This document shows, one piece after another, positions 41,710 through 51,149 of a DNA stretch of 64,000 bases. Location: contig CAWJBN010000005.1 of assembly GCA_963841175.1 (NCBI GenBank), positions 113,663-177,662 on the forward strand. Reading direction: 5' to 3'. The notes under the pieces were generated by a model, which was not told the DNA's origin, searched no databases, and saw only the letters and a program-made list of their open reading frames with translations. A program made the translations under genes and the position numbers. How positions within the stretch are numbered: position 1 is the first letter of the stretch; each line of letters opens with the position of its first letter. The DNA is from an uncultured Actinomycetes bacterium. Its GTDB lineage: Bacteria; Actinomycetota; Thermoleophilia; Gaiellales; Gaiellaceae.

Positions 41710-42933
41710 ATGGAAGAGCGCAAGTACGACCTCTACTCGTACGAGTTCCGCGAGACAACGCACGAGACGTACGCCGCGATGCGGGAGCACGATCCCGTCT
41801 TCAGGCAGCCTGGGCTCGACGGGAAGACCCCGATCTGGTTCGTGACCCGGCACGAGGACGCCATGGCCGTCCTCGCCGACGACGAGCGCTTCGTGCTCGA
41901 TCCCGCGCTGGCGCTGACACCCGAGGAGCTCGCGGCCGCGTTCGCGGTCCCCGCCGATCCACGCATCAACTCGAGTCTGCTGACGAAGGACGGCGACGAC
42001 CACCGCCGCCTGCGCCGGCTCGTCTCGAAGGCATTCACGCCGCGCATGGTCGAGGCGCTCCGCCCGCGCGTCCAGGAGATCGCCGACGAGCTGATCGACG
42101 CGGTCGAGCCGCGCGGGGAGATGAACCTCGTGGACGACTTCGCGTTCCCGCTCCCGATCATCGTGATCTGCGAGCTGCTCGGCATCCCGTCAGAGGACCG
42201 CGACCGGTTCCGGGAGTGGTCGAACCTGTTCGTCAGCCCGGCGCTGACCGAGGAGGAGCAGCAAGCCTTCGCCGTGGCGATCGAGCAGTTCCTCGCGTAC
42301 CTGCACGAGCTCTTCGAGCGGCGGCGCGCCGAGCCCGGCGACGATCTCGTCAGCGCGCTCGTGCAGGCCGAGGAGGCCGGCGACACGCTGAGCGAGGACG
42401 AGCTCTTCAGCATGGTCGTGCTCCTCATCGTCGCCGGGCACGAGACGACGGTGAGCCTGATCGGGAACAGCGTGCTCGCGCTCCTCAATCATCCGGAGGA
42501 GCTGGAGAGGCTGCGAACGAACCCGGCTGGGCTGCCGGATGCCGTCGAGGAGCTGCTCCGTTTCGACAGCCCGGTCGAGCGCTCGATCACCCGCTGGGCG
42601 ACGACCGACGTCGAGGTCGGCTCGCAGACGATCCGCCGGGGCGACTTCGTGATCGCCGTCATCGGCTCGGCGAACCGCGACCCGGACCGGTTCCCGGACG
42701 CGGACAGACTCGATCTCGCGCGCGGCGACTCGAAGCACCTCGGCTTCGGGCGCGGCCCTCACTTCTGCCTCGGCGCGCCGCTTGCCCGCCTCGAGGCGGA
42801 GATCGCCTTGAGGACGCTCTTCGACCGGCTCCCGTCGCTCCGGCTGGCGATCGAGGAGAAGGACCTCTACTGGCGCCCCATCCCGCTCTTCCGCAGCCTC
42901 GCGTCGTTACCCGTGGCCTGGGACGCAGGCTAA
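41710..42933 (+). CDS. Cytochrome P450
   Basis: 407 aa from MEERKYDLYSYEF inside the 607-aa track ORF. It has AGHETT (I-helix), ELLRF (ExxR) and the heme loop FGRGPHFCLGAPLA. Confidence 0.9.
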   Translation: MEERKYDLYSYEFRETTHETYAAMREHDPVFRQPGLDGKTPIWFVTRHEDAMAVLADDERFVLDPALALTPEELAAAFAVPADPRINSSLLTKDGDDHRRLRRLVSKAFTPRMVEALRPRVQEIADELIDAVEPRGEMNLVDDFAFPLPIIVICELLGIPSEDRDRFREWSNLFVSPALTEEEQQAFAVAIEQFLAYLHELFERRRAEPGDDLVSALVQAEEAGDTLSEDELFSMVVLLIVAGHETTVSLIGNSVLALLNHPEELERLRTNPAGLPDAVEELLRFDSPVERSITRWATTDVEVGSQTIRRGDFVIAVIGSANRDPDRFPDADRLDLARGDSKHLGFGRGPHFCLGAPLARLEAEIALRTLFDRLPSLRLAIEEKDLYWRPIPLFRSLASLPVAWDAG

Positions 42934-43847
42934 CGCGGAACGCGCAGCGACTCGTTCGCGGTCGAAACGGTCAAGCCGGGCTCGGTGCCGCCCCCGATGA
43001 CGAAGACGCGTCCGCCGAACGCCGCTACGCCGAGGCCGTGCCGAGGCGTTCGCAGGCTCTCGAGCTGCACCCACCTGCGCTCGGCGACGCGGTACGCGAG
43101 GACCTCCGCGATCGTCCCCTGTGGCTCCTCCCCGCCGACCGAGACGATCTGCCCGTTGAGCCCGGTGGCGCCCGTCCCGCCGCGCGGATCGGGGACTGCC
43201 GGAAGCCGCGTCCAGCTCCGCTGACCCGGGCGGTACGACTCGAAGTCGAGGAGGTTGGTGTCTATCCCGCCGGTACGACCCGCGATCGCGTAGATCGTCC
43301 CCGCGAGCGACGTGACGCCCAGGTGCTCTCGCGGAGTCGGCCCCGGGATCGCCCTCCACCGCCTCGTCCGGAGGTCGAACGAGAGCGCGGACTTCGCAAG
43401 CCGACCGGCCGCAACTCCTCCGGCGACGATGATTTTCCCGTTCGCGAACCCTGCTCCGGCCGCCGCGCGCGGGAACGGCATCCTCGGAAGCGCGCGCCAC
43501 CGCCGCTTGTCGAGCACCCACGCCGTCTGCTGCGCTCCGGAGGCGCCGTAGCCGCCGAAGACGTAGAGCCTGCCGCCCGCGCCCGTCGCCATCGCGTGAT
43601 GGACACCTGCGGGGAGGTTCGGCACCCGTCGCCACGTATCGCGCGCCGGGTTGTACGCGTCGACCCGGTTCGACGGGGCGCCAGTGGGCAGCATGCCTCC
43701 GAGGACGAAGATCTCCTTCCCGACGGTCGCGGCGGCGACCTCGGTCCGCGGCAGCGGCATCGGAGCCCGCTCGTCCCACTGCGTCGACGAGGCCCCCGCG
43801 AGCGGGACGAGCGCGAGGCCGGCGACGGCGAGGATCACGAGCCGCAC
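42930..43847 (-). CDS. Secreted Kelch-repeat beta-propeller protein
   Basis: 305-aa ORF with a signal peptide and repeated ...(I/L)(Y/F)V(F/L/I)GG... and W..(L/V)P.(M/L)P..R units. Confidence 0.75.
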   Translation of the reverse strand: MRLVILAVAGLALVPLAGASSTQWDERAPMPLPRTEVAAATVGKEIFVLGGMLPTGAPSNRVDAYNPARDTWRRVPNLPAGVHHAMATGAGGRLYVFGGYGASGAQQTAWVLDKRRWRALPRMPFPRAAAGAGFANGKIIVAGGVAAGRLAKSALSFDLRTRRWRAIPGPTPREHLGVTSLAGTIYAIAGRTGGIDTNLLDFESYRPGQRSWTRLPAVPDPRGGTGATGLNGQIVSVGGEEPQGTIAEVLAYRVAERRWVQLESLRTPRHGLGVAAFGGRVFVIGGGTEPGLTVSTANESLRVPR

Positions 43848-43866
43848 GGGGGTCAGGGTAGCTGGG

Positions 43867-44187
43867 TCACGCGGGATCGACGACGAGGGTCAGACCCTCG
43901 ACCGAGCGGACGACGACGTCGGTCCCGGTATCGCATCCGTCGGGGCAGCGCGCGCGCCAGATCTCGCCGTCGACCTTGATCTGACCCTCGGGCCAGAGCT
44001 GGCCGACGGCGACTCCGCGCCTGCCGACGATCGTCTCGACGCCGACCGCCGACTTCCGTCGCTTCGACCACCACATGAAGACGCCGGTCTCCGCGATGTC
44101 GAGCGCTGCCGCGACCACGACCGCGACGAGCCCCCACGGCGAAGGGAGCACGAAGATCGCAAGCAGCAGCGCGATGAGGAAGAGCAC
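43867..44187 (-). CDS. NfeD family protein (membrane + OB-fold C-terminal domain)
   Basis: 106-aa ORF with two TM segments, then GRRGVAV..L.PEGQIKVDGEIWRAR...G..V.V..V.G..L.V, the NfeD C-terminal pattern. Confidence 0.65.
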   Translation of the reverse strand: MLFLIALLLAIFVLPSPWGLVAVVVAAALDIAETGVFMWWSKRRKSAVGVETIVGRRGVAVGQLWPEGQIKVDGEIWRARCPDGCDTGTDVVVRSVEGLTLVVDPA

Positions 44188-44202
44188 GCCCGCAAGCGTA
44201 CG

Positions 44203-44239
44203 GACCGTCCGGGCCGGACGCGGCCCGGCCCGGACGGTC
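44203..44239 (-). terminator. 14-bp GC-rich hairpin 4 nt after the rplQ stop
   Basis: GACCGTCCGGGCCG (44203-44216) pairs with CGGCCCGGACGGTC (44226-44239) across a 9-nt loop. There is no U tract. Confidence 0.5.
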
Positions 44240-44243
44240 GGTC

Positions 44244-44675
44244 CTACACTTCGGCGGCGGCAGGCTCTTCTCGCGCGGGCTCCTCACGCTCGCGCGGAGC
44301 CAGCGGCGTGGCGACGGGCTCGTGGTCGACGAGCTCGAGGTACACCATCTCCGCTGCGTCGCCTTGCCGCGGGCCGATCCGGACGATCCGCGTATAGCCC
44401 CCCGGACGCTCCGTGAAGCGCGGGGCGATGTCCGCGAACAGGCGATGGACCACGTCGTTCGAGCGCAGCGCCGCCAGCGCCTGCCGGCGGGCGTGCAGGT
44501 CGCCGCGCTTGCCGAGCGTGATCATCTTCTCGGCGAACGGCTTGACGGCCTTGGCCTTCGCCGCGGTCGTCTCGATACGGCCGTGCTCGATCAGCGCGCC
44601 CGCGAGATTCGAGTAGAGCGCCTTGCGATGGGCCGAGTCGCGACCCAGCTTCTTGCCCGACTTCGCGTGGCGCAT
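44244..44675 (-). CDS. rplQ: 50S ribosomal protein L17 (with acidic/Pro-rich C-terminal tail)
   Basis: 143-aa [23 protein letters not shown]... is the canonical L17 N-terminus. Confidence 0.95.
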   Translation of the reverse strand: MRHAKSGKKLGRDSAHRKALYSNLAGALIEHGRIETTAAKAKAVKPFAEKMITLGKRGDLHARRQALAALRSNDVVHRLFADIAPRFTERPGGYTRIVRIGPRQGDAAEMVYLELVDHEPVATPLAPREREEPAREEPAAAEV

Positions 44676-44684
44676 CGCCCTGCC

Positions 44685-45629
44685 TTACTCCTCGCCCTTG
44701 AGCACGAGGCCGTGCGTCGCGAGCGCCGACCGCACCTCTTCGATCGACTTGCGACCGAAGTTGGGGATGGCGACGAGCTCTGACTCGGACTTCGACGTGA
44801 GATCGCCGATCGTCTCGATGCCGACGCGCTTCAGGCAGTTGTACGAGCGGACGCCGAGCTCGAGCTCCTCGATCGGGAAGTTCTCCATCCCGTGCGAGGT
44901 GGGGGCCTCCGCGGCCGCCTCGGCCGTGACCTCGCCGAGCCCCTCGATGCGGTCGAGGTCGGTGAAGATCGCGAGCTGCCGGATGAGGATCTCGGCCGCC
45001 TGGCCGATCGCGTCACGCGGGTCGATCGAGCCGTCGGTGGTCACGTCGAGCACGAGCTTGTCGTAGTCCGTGCGCTGCCCCACGCGAGCGGCCTCGACCT
45101 CGTACGCGACGCGGCGGACCGGCGAGAAGATCGAGTCGATCGGGATGACGCCGATCGACGTCTCCGGGCCGCGGTTCAGCTCCGCCGGGACGTAGCCCCG
45201 GCCACGGCCGACGGTGAGGGTCATCTCGAGCTTGCCCTTGTCGGAGATGTGCGCGATCTCGAGCTCTGGGTTGAGGATCTCGAGGTCGGCCGGCGCCTCG
45301 ATGTCGGCGGCCGTGACGATCCCCGGGCCCTTCTTCGCAATGTAGACCTCGATCTCGGGCGACGCGCCGTGCAGGAGCACGATGAGGTTCTTGAGGTTGA
45401 GGATGATGTCGATGACGTCCTCGCGGACGCCGGGCAGGGTCGTGAACTCGTGGGCGACGCCCTCGATCTTCACGGCCGTCACCGCCGCCCCCTCGAGCGA
45501 GGAGAGCAGCACGCGGCGCAGCGAGTTGCCGAACGTGTGGCCGAAGCCCCGATCGAGCGGCTCGATCTGGAAGACGCCGCGATGGTCGTCGGCCTCCTCG
45601 TGGGCGATCCGCGGGATCTGGAACTCCAT
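44685..45629 (-). CDS. rpoA: DNA-directed RNA polymerase subunit alpha
   Basis: The track ORF starts at TTG 45650. ATG 45629 (MEFQIPRIAHEE...FQIEPLDRGFGHTFGNSLRR) fits the canonical RpoA N-terminus better. Confidence 0.95.
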   Translation of the reverse strand: MEFQIPRIAHEEADDHRGVFQIEPLDRGFGHTFGNSLRRVLLSSLEGAAVTAVKIEGVAHEFTTLPGVREDVIDIILNLKNLIVLLHGASPEIEVYIAKKGPGIVTAADIEAPADLEILNPELEIAHISDKGKLEMTLTVGRGRGYVPAELNRGPETSIGVIPIDSIFSPVRRVAYEVEAARVGQRTDYDKLVLDVTTDGSIDPRDAIGQAAEILIRQLAIFTDLDRIEGLGEVTAEAAAEAPTSHGMENFPIEELELGVRSYNCLKRVGIETIGDLTSKSESELVAIPNFGRKSIEEVRSALATHGLVLKGEE

Positions 45630-45676
45630 CAGGCTGGTTCGTGTAGCCAAGTCGATCCTTTCGGTCTGTCAGCTCA

Positions 45677-45695
45677 GGGCGAGGCAAGCCTCGCC
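45677..45695 (-). terminator. Stop-proximal hairpin after rpsD (copy 2 of the identical 18-mer)
   Basis: GGCGAGGC-aa-GCCTCGCC at 45678-45695, 3 nt from the rpsD stop. It is identical to 32956-32973. Confidence 0.4.
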
Positions 45696-45698
45696 ACG

Positions 45699-46319
45699 CT
45701 ACTTCGAATACAGCTCCACGATGAGCGATTCCTGGACGGGGACGTCGATCTCGTCGCGCTCGGGATAGCGGAGCACCGTTCCCGTGAGGCCGTCGTGGTC
45801 GGCCTGGAGCCACGGCGCAACGGACGCCGTGAGGTCGGTCGCGTCGCGCACGAGCTGCTCGACCGGGCTGCCGGGCTTGAGCGAGATCACGTCGTCGGGC
45901 TTCACCCCGTAGCTCGGGATGTTGACCCGGCGGCCGTTGACGCGGAAGTGGCCGTGGCGGACGAGCTGGCGCGACTGCGCGCGCGAGCCCGCGAACCCGA
46001 GCCGGTAGACGACGTTGTCGAGGCGCGTCTCGAGCATCCGGAGCAGGTTCTCGCCAGGTGCCCCCTGCCCGCGGCTGGCCTTCTCGTAGGTCCTGCGGAA
46101 CTGCTTCTCGAGCAGGCCGTAGTACCGGCGCGCCTTCTGCTTCTCACGCAGCTGGAGCAGGTACTCGCTCTGCTTGATCCGGCCGCGCCCGTGCTCGCCC
46201 GGCGGATAGCTCCTGCGCTCGACCGCGCACTTCTCGGTCAGGCAGCGCTCGCCCTTCAGGAAGAGCTTGAGCCCCTCGCGGCGGCAAAGGCGGCACTTCG
46301 GCCCGAGATCGCGAGCCAC
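45699..46319 (-). CDS. rpsD: 30S ribosomal protein S4
   Basis: 206 aa from GTG ([26 protein letters not shown]...). The GTG overlaps the rpsK TAG by 1 nt. Confidence 0.95.
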   Translation of the reverse strand: MARDLGPKCRLCRREGLKLFLKGERCLTEKCAVERRSYPPGEHGRGRIKQSEYLLQLREKQKARRYYGLLEKQFRRTYEKASRGQGAPGENLLRMLETRLDNVVYRLGFAGSRAQSRQLVRHGHFRVNGRRVNIPSYGVKPDDVISLKPGSPVEQLVRDATDLTASVAPWLQADHDGLTGTVLRYPERDEIDVPVQESLIVELYSK

Positions 46320-46723
46320 TAGACGCGCCTCCGCTTGCGCTGCCGGACGCCGTTGTGGGCCTGCGGGGTGACGTCGCGGACGCCGAGGATCTCGAGCCCG
46401 GCCGCCTGGAGCGACCGGATCGCCGTCTCCCGCCCGGAGCCCGGGCCCTTGACGAACACCTCGACCTTCTGCAGGCCGTGCTCCATGCCCTTGCGGGCGG
46501 CGTTGTCCGCGGTCACCTGCGCGGCGAACGGCGTCGACTTGCGGGAGCCCTTGAAGCCGGCCGAGCCGGCGGACTCCCACACGATGACGTTGCCCTCGCG
46601 GTCGGTGAGCGTGACGATCGTGTTGTTGAACGAGGTCTTGATGTGCGCCTGCCCGATGGCGATGTTCTTCTTGACCCGGCGTCTCGTGCGACCCCGAGCC
46701 GCGGACCTGCGGGGAGGCGCCAC
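46319..46723 (-). CDS. rpsK: 30S ribosomal protein S11
   Basis: 134-aa ORF. ...[20 protein letters not shown]...[14 protein letters not shown]. Confidence 0.95.
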   Translation of the reverse strand: MAPPRRSAARGRTRRRVKKNIAIGQAHIKTSFNNTIVTLTDREGNVIVWESAGSAGFKGSRKSTPFAAQVTADNAARKGMEHGLQKVEVFVKGPGSGRETAIRSLQAAGLEILGVRDVTPQAHNGVRQRKRRRV

Positions 46724-47103
46724 TACTTCGCCGCCGCTTTCTTGCCGCGGCCGACGGTCTTCGCCGGACCTTTGCGAGTCCTGGCGTTCGTCTTCGTCCG
46801 CTGGCCGCGCACGGGGAGGCCGCGGCGGTGGCGGATCCCCCGGTAGCTCCCGATCTCGGTCAGGCGCTTGATCGCCTGCTGGCGGTTCCGGCGGAGGTCA
46901 CCCTCTACCTCGAGCTCCGAGTCGATGTATGTCCGGAGCTTCGTGACCTCCTCGTCCGTGAGGTCGCGAATCTTCTGGTTCGGGTCGAGCTCGAGCACCT
47001 TGATGGTCTTCTGCGCAGTCGAGCGCCCGATGCCGTAGATGTAGGTCAGCCCGACCTCAAGGCGCTTCTGGGTCGGGAGGTTGACGCCGGCGATTCGTGC
47101 CAC
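46723..47103 (-). CDS. rpsM: 30S ribosomal protein S13
   Basis: 126-aa [29 protein letters not shown]. Confidence 0.95.
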   Translation of the reverse strand: MARIAGVNLPTQKRLEVGLTYIYGIGRSTAQKTIKVLELDPNQKIRDLTDEEVTKLRTYIDSELEVEGDLRRNRQQAIKRLTEIGSYRGIRHRRGLPVRGQRTKTNARTRKGPAKTVGRGKKAAAK

Positions 47104-47107
47104 TGGC

Positions 47108-47221
47108 TCAGCCCTGCCTTTGCTTGTGTCGCGGGTTCGTGCAGATGACCAGCGTGCGGCCGTGCCGCTTGATCACGCGGCAGCGCTCACACATCGGCTT
47201 GACGGAGGGGCGGACTTTCAT
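47108..47221 (-). CDS. rpmJ: 50S ribosomal protein L36 (not in ORF track)
   Basis: Own translation: [37 protein letters not shown] (37 aa), between infA and rpsM. Confidence 0.9.
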   Translation of the reverse strand: MKVRPSVKPMCERCRVIKRHGRTLVICTNPRHKQRQG

Positions 47222-47225
47222 CTCT

Positions 47226-47447
47226 CTACTTGAGTCGGAACGTGATCCGGCCGCGAGTCAGGTCGTAGGGAGAGAGCTCGACCTTGACACGGTCGCCCGG
47301 GAGGATGCGGATGTAGTGCTTCCTCATCTTCCCGGAGATCTTGGCGAGAACGCTGTGTCCGTCTTCGAGCTGCACCCTGAACATCGTGCTCGGGAGCGCC
47401 TCGACGACCTCGCCTTCGACCTCGATCTTCTCTTCCTTGACTGCCAC
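47226..47447 (-). CDS. infA: Translation initiation factor IF-1
   Basis: 73 aa from GTG 47447 ([31 protein letters not shown]...). The longer track ORF (to 47513) adds a non-conserved basic extension. Confidence 0.9.
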   Translation of the reverse strand: MAVKEEKIEVEGEVVEALPSTMFRVQLEDGHSVLAKISGKMRKHYIRILPGDRVKVELSPYDLTRGRITFRLK

Positions 47448-47495
47448 GTGTACTACCCGACCTTCTGGGACCGTTCCGATGCCTTTCTGTTGCGG

Positions 47496-47532
47496 GAGAA
47501 AACGGCGGCGCAAGCGGGCGGCCCGGCGCCGC
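47496..47532 (-). terminator. Candidate intrinsic terminator after map
   Basis: On the minus strand, the GCGGCGC...GCGCCGC stem with an inner CGGG/CCCG helix is followed by CGUUUUCUCCC. Confidence 0.4.
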
Positions 47533-47568
47533 GGCTGGTCATCGTAGCAAACAGCTTTCGAGCGGCTG

Positions 47569-48336
47569 CTAGACCCTCGAGGGCACGCCGACGCGTGGCG
47601 TGAGGATCCGAGGCCCGTCCCCGGTAACCGCGACGGTGTGCTCGAAATGCGCAGAAAGTGAGCCGTCGGCGGTCGTGATCGTCCAGCCGTCGTCGCCGAC
47701 GTCGATGTCCGAGCCGCCGGCCGTGATCATCGGCTCGATCGCGATCGTCATACCCTCGGAGAGCCGCGGCCCGCGCCCGGGCTCGCCGAAGTTCGGGATG
47801 TGCGGGTCCTCGTGGTAGTGGCGGCCGACGCCGTGCCCGACCAGGCTGCGCACCACCGAGAAGTCCGCGCTCTCGACGACCGCCTGCACCGCGTGCGAGA
47901 TGTCGCCGACGTGGTTTCCGACCGTGGCCTCGGCGATGCCGGCCGCGAGGGCGTCCTGGGCGACGTCGAGGAGGCGCTGCGCTTCGGGCTCGATGTCGCC
48001 GACGCCGAACGTGTACGCGCTGTCCGCGATGTACCCGTCGAGCGTGATCCCGACGTCGATCGTCAGGAGGTCTCCGTCGCCGACCTCGTACGCGCCGGGG
48101 ATCCCGTGCACGACAACCGCGTTCGGCGAGATGCAGATCGCCCTCGGGTAGCCCTTGTAGCCCTCCGAGGTGGGGATGCCGCCGTGCTCGCGGATGAAGG
48201 CGCCGGCCGCGTCGTCGAGCTCGCCGGTCGTGACGCCGGGGCGAAGCAGCGAGCCGACGTGCGCGATCGTCTCGGCCACGAGGGCGCCGGCGAGCGCCAT
48301 CTTCTCGATCTCGCGCGGGCTCTTGCGGATGATCAT
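47569..48336 (-). CDS. map: Type I methionyl aminopeptidase
   Basis: 255 aa from [17 protein letters not shown] inside the 448-aa track ORF. The ATG overlaps the adk stop (ATGA). The pattern of metal ligands (D, D, H, E, E) is present. Confidence 0.95.
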   Translation of the reverse strand: MIIRKSPREIEKMALAGALVAETIAHVGSLLRPGVTTGELDDAAGAFIREHGGIPTSEGYKGYPRAICISPNAVVVHGIPGAYEVGDGDLLTIDVGITLDGYIADSAYTFGVGDIEPEAQRLLDVAQDALAAGIAEATVGNHVGDISHAVQAVVESADFSVVRSLVGHGVGRHYHEDPHIPNFGEPGRGPRLSEGMTIAIEPMITAGGSDIDVGDDGWTITTADGSLSAHFEHTVAVTGDGPRILTPRVGVPSRV

Positions 48337-48896
48337 GCGCGCACCTGCGTGAGGGCGTCCTCGATCTCGTCGTGGACGTCCTCGACCGGCTGCTCGCCGT
48401 TGACGGGCACGAGCGTGCCCTCGGCCCGATAGCGCTCCACGACCGGCTCGGTCAGCCGGTGGTAGAGCTGCAGCCGATTGCGGATCGCCTCCGGCTCGTC
48501 GTCCGCTCGGTGCTCGACGGCCCCACGGTGGAGCAGGCGCTCGACGGCGACATCGTCCGAGACCTCGAGCAGGAGCACGACGTCGAGCGGCTTCTCGATC
48601 TCCTCGAGCATGGCGTCGAGCGCCTCCGCCTGCGGGACCGTCCGCGGGAAGCCGTCGAGCACGAACCCGTCCTCGTGCTCGAGCCGCTCGCGAATGAGAC
48701 CGACCATGAGGTCGTCGGGGACGAGGTCCCCGCGGTCGAGGATGGGCCTGACCTGCTTCCCGAGCTCGCTTCCGTTCGCGACCGCGGTGCGCAGGATGTC
48801 CCCGGTGGCGACGTGAGGGATGCCGTACGCGGTCGCGATCTTGGCCGCCTGCGTTCCCTTCCCTGACCCCTGGGGCCCGAGGATGAGGATCCTCAC
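48333..48896 (-). CDS. adk: Adenylate kinase (short-lid type)
   Basis: 187 aa from GTG (VRILILGPQGSGKGTQAAKIA...). The longer track ORF adds an Arg-rich, non-conserved 41-aa extension. Confidence 0.9.
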   Translation of the reverse strand: MRILILGPQGSGKGTQAAKIATAYGIPHVATGDILRTAVANGSELGKQVRPILDRGDLVPDDLMVGLIRERLEHEDGFVLDGFPRTVPQAEALDAMLEEIEKPLDVVLLLEVSDDVAVERLLHRGAVEHRADDEPEAIRNRLQLYHRLTEPVVERYRAEGTLVPVNGEQPVEDVHDEIEDALTQVRA

Positions 48897-49063
48897 GCGC
48901 GCCCCTGGCCGGCAACGGCTCCCGCCCGGCGGAGCCGGGCTCCGCCGCTGCCTGACGACGCTCGCGCCACGGGGCTCTCCGGGCCCGTACCGGTCGTACT
49001 GTGCCCTCCGGCCCCGCACCGCGAGCGCCGCCCCAGGAGCGCGCGGGCGCGAGAAGGTGACAT

Positions 49064-49081
49064 GAGGCGACTCCTCGCCTC
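49064..49081 (-). terminator. Stop-proximal hairpin at the secY stop
   Basis: GAGGCGA-ctcc-TCGCCTC. The last base is the first base of the secY stop triplet (plus-strand numbering). It lies in a 184-nt secY-adk spacer. Confidence 0.3.
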
Positions 49082-50334
49082 TACCGGAGGAAGCCCTCGT
49101 AGGAGCGCATCATCATCTGGGACTCCATCTGCCGCATCGTGTCCAGGGCGACGCCGACCGCGATGAGCACGGACGTGCCGCCGAGGGCGCCGGCGCTTGC
49201 CTGCGAGAAGCCGCCGTACGCGATGAAGAGGCTCGGCAGGACGGCGATGAGGGCGAGGAACAGCGAGCCCGGCAGCGTCAGCCGCGAGAGGACACGGTCG
49301 AGGTACTGCGCCGTCGGCGGGCCCGGACGGATGCCGGGGATGTAGCCGCCGTGCCGGCGCAGGTTGTCCGACTGGTCCACCGGGTTGAACTGCACCGCCG
49401 TGTAGAAGTAGGTGAAGAGCACGATCATGAAGCCCTCGATGACCAGGTAGATCCAGTCGCCCGGCTGGAAGTGCTCGTTCACGAAGTCCTGCGTCGCCGG
49501 GAAGTACTGCGCCATCGTCGGCGGGAACGCGAGGATCGCGGCCGCGAAGATGATCGGGATGACGCCCGCCATGTTCACGCGGAGCGGCAGGTACGTGGAG
49601 CCGCCGGCCGTCATGCGGCGGCCGACCATGCGCTTCGCGTACTGGATCGGGATCCGCCGCTGGCCCTCCTGCACGAACACGACCGCGGCGACGATCCCGA
49701 GCGCGATCAGCGGGTAGAAGAGCTTCTCCATCGGCCCGCCGTTCCACCAGGCGGCGATGCCGATCGGCGCGCCGACGAGGATCGACGCGAAGATGAGGAT
49801 CGAGATCCCGTTTCCGATGCCGCGCTTCGTGATCAGCTCGCCCATCCACATGAGGAGAGTCGTGCCGGCGGTGAGCGTCACGATGATCAGCACCAGCTCG
49901 CCCGAGCCCGCGTCGAGCGCGCCCTGGGTGCGGAAGAGGAACGCGTACCCGGTCGCCTGCGCCGCCGCGAGGACGACAGTCAGGTAGCGCGTGTACTGCG
50001 TGATCTTCGCGTAGCCGGCCTCTCCCTCCTTCTGGAGCTCGCCGAGGCGTGGGATGACCACGGTCATGAGCTGCAGGATGATCGACGCCGTGACGTACGG
50101 CATGATCCCGAGCGCGAAGAGCGAGAACTGCGACAGCGCGCCGCCCGAGAAGAGATCGAGCAGGCCGAGGATCGTGTCGCCGCGACCCGAGAAGTAGTTC
50201 TCGATCGTCTCCGAGTTCACGCCCGGCGCGGGGATCCACGAGCCGAGCCGGTAGGCGGCGAGGATCATCGCCGTGAAGAGGACGCGCCGCCGAAGCTCGG
50301 GGACGCGCCAGGCGTTCGAGAGCCACGAGAACAC
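49081..50334 (-). CDS. secY: Preprotein translocase subunit SecY
   Basis: 417-aa ORF with 10 TM segments and canonical SecY sequence (...GIMPYVTASIILQL...). Confidence 0.95.
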   Translation of the reverse strand: MFSWLSNAWRVPELRRRVLFTAMILAAYRLGSWIPAPGVNSETIENYFSGRGDTILGLLDLFSGGALSQFSLFALGIMPYVTASIILQLMTVVIPRLGELQKEGEAGYAKITQYTRYLTVVLAAAQATGYAFLFRTQGALDAGSGELVLIIVTLTAGTTLLMWMGELITKRGIGNGISILIFASILVGAPIGIAAWWNGGPMEKLFYPLIALGIVAAVVFVQEGQRRIPIQYAKRMVGRRMTAGGSTYLPLRVNMAGVIPIIFAAAILAFPPTMAQYFPATQDFVNEHFQPGDWIYLVIEGFMIVLFTYFYTAVQFNPVDQSDNLRRHGGYIPGIRPGPPTAQYLDRVLSRLTLPGSLFLALIAVLPSLFIAYGGFSQASAGALGGTSVLIAVGVALDTMRQMESQMMMRSYEGFLR

Positions 50335-50337
50335 GTG

Positions 50338-50964
50338 CTACTCCTCCGGCTCCGCGCCCTCGTCCGCGGGCGCCTCGTCCGCCGTCTCGTCGGCCTCGGC
50401 GGCCTCCTCTGACGGAGCCTCGGGCTGCTCGGCCGCGGGCGCGGCGGTCTTGTGCCGCTTCCGCTTCTTCTTGACGGGCTCGCCGCGGAGCCACGTGACC
50501 GTGCCGCCGGCGGCCTCGATCTTCTCGACCGCGCTCTTCGAGAACCCGTGGGCGGAGACCGAGAGTGCCTTCGCCAGCTCGCCCTGGCCGAGGATCTTCA
50601 CGTCCACCTTCAACTTCGCGATCAGCCCGGCTTCCTTCAGAGACTCAGGCGTCACCTCGGAGCCCGCATCGAAGCGGCCCTCGAGATCGCGGACGTTGAC
50701 CGGCTGGCTGTACGTCCGGAACGGCCCGATCGGCATCGCGTCCGCCGACGTGTTGCCGCGGAGCTTGCCCATGCGCATGTCGATCGGCGTCTGGCCGCCC
50801 TCGAACCCGGCCGGCATCTTGTTCGAGCCCGAGCGCGACTTCTGACCCTTGATCCCGCGGCCGGAGTACCGGCCCTTGCCGGAGCCGAGGCCGCGTCCGA
50901 CGCGCTTGCGCTCCTTGCGCGGCTGCGCCGGACGGAGATCGTGGAGAGAGAGCTCTTCGGCCAT
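50338..50964 (-). CDS. rplO: 50S ribosomal protein L15 with about 45-aa basic-then-acidic C-terminal extension
   Basis: 208 aa from [31 protein letters not shown] inside the 330-aa track ORF. The ATG overlaps the rpmD TGA by 1 nt. Confidence 0.9.
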   Translation of the reverse strand: MAEELSLHDLRPAQPRKERKRVGRGLGSGKGRYSGRGIKGQKSRSGSNKMPAGFEGGQTPIDMRMGKLRGNTSADAMPIGPFRTYSQPVNVRDLEGRFDAGSEVTPESLKEAGLIAKLKVDVKILGQGELAKALSVSAHGFSKSAVEKIEAAGGTVTWLRGEPVKKKRKRHKTAAPAAEQPEAPSEEAAEADETADEAPADEGAEPEE

Positions 50965-51149
50965 CAGGCGTCCTTCCCGTCGATGCGGACGAGGTGGCGG
51001 ACCTGCCGCAGCATGCCCTGCAGCTGCGGGGAGTCGCGGTGCTCGGCGGAGCGGCCGATCTTGCCGAGCCCGAGCGCGCGGAGCGTGCCGCGATGGCGCT
51101 CGGACTGGCCGACGATGCTCCGGACCTGGGTGATCTTGAGCTCGCTCAC
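50964..51149 (-). CDS. rpmD: 50S ribosomal protein L30
   Basis: 61-aa ORF ([28 protein letters not shown]). The GTG overlaps the rpsE TGA (GTGA). Confidence 0.9.
   Translation of the reverse strand: MSELKITQVRSIVGQSERHRGTLRALGLGKIGRSAEHRDSPQLQGMLRQVRHLVRIDGKDA

Noticed and set aside
45630-45650. The TTG start at 45650 for rpoA.
   Set aside because: ATG 45629 gives MEFQIPRI..., which aligns with canonical RpoA N-termini. The 7 extra codons are not conserved-looking and overlap the post-rpsD hairpin region.
48897-49019. N-terminal extensions in the track for adk (41 aa), infA (22 aa), map, rplO, rpsC, rpsH, tuf and hpt.
   Set aside because: The extensions are Arg-rich or overlap the upstream gene in another frame. 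The canonical N-termini start at internal ATG or GTG codons that overlap or abut the upstream stop.
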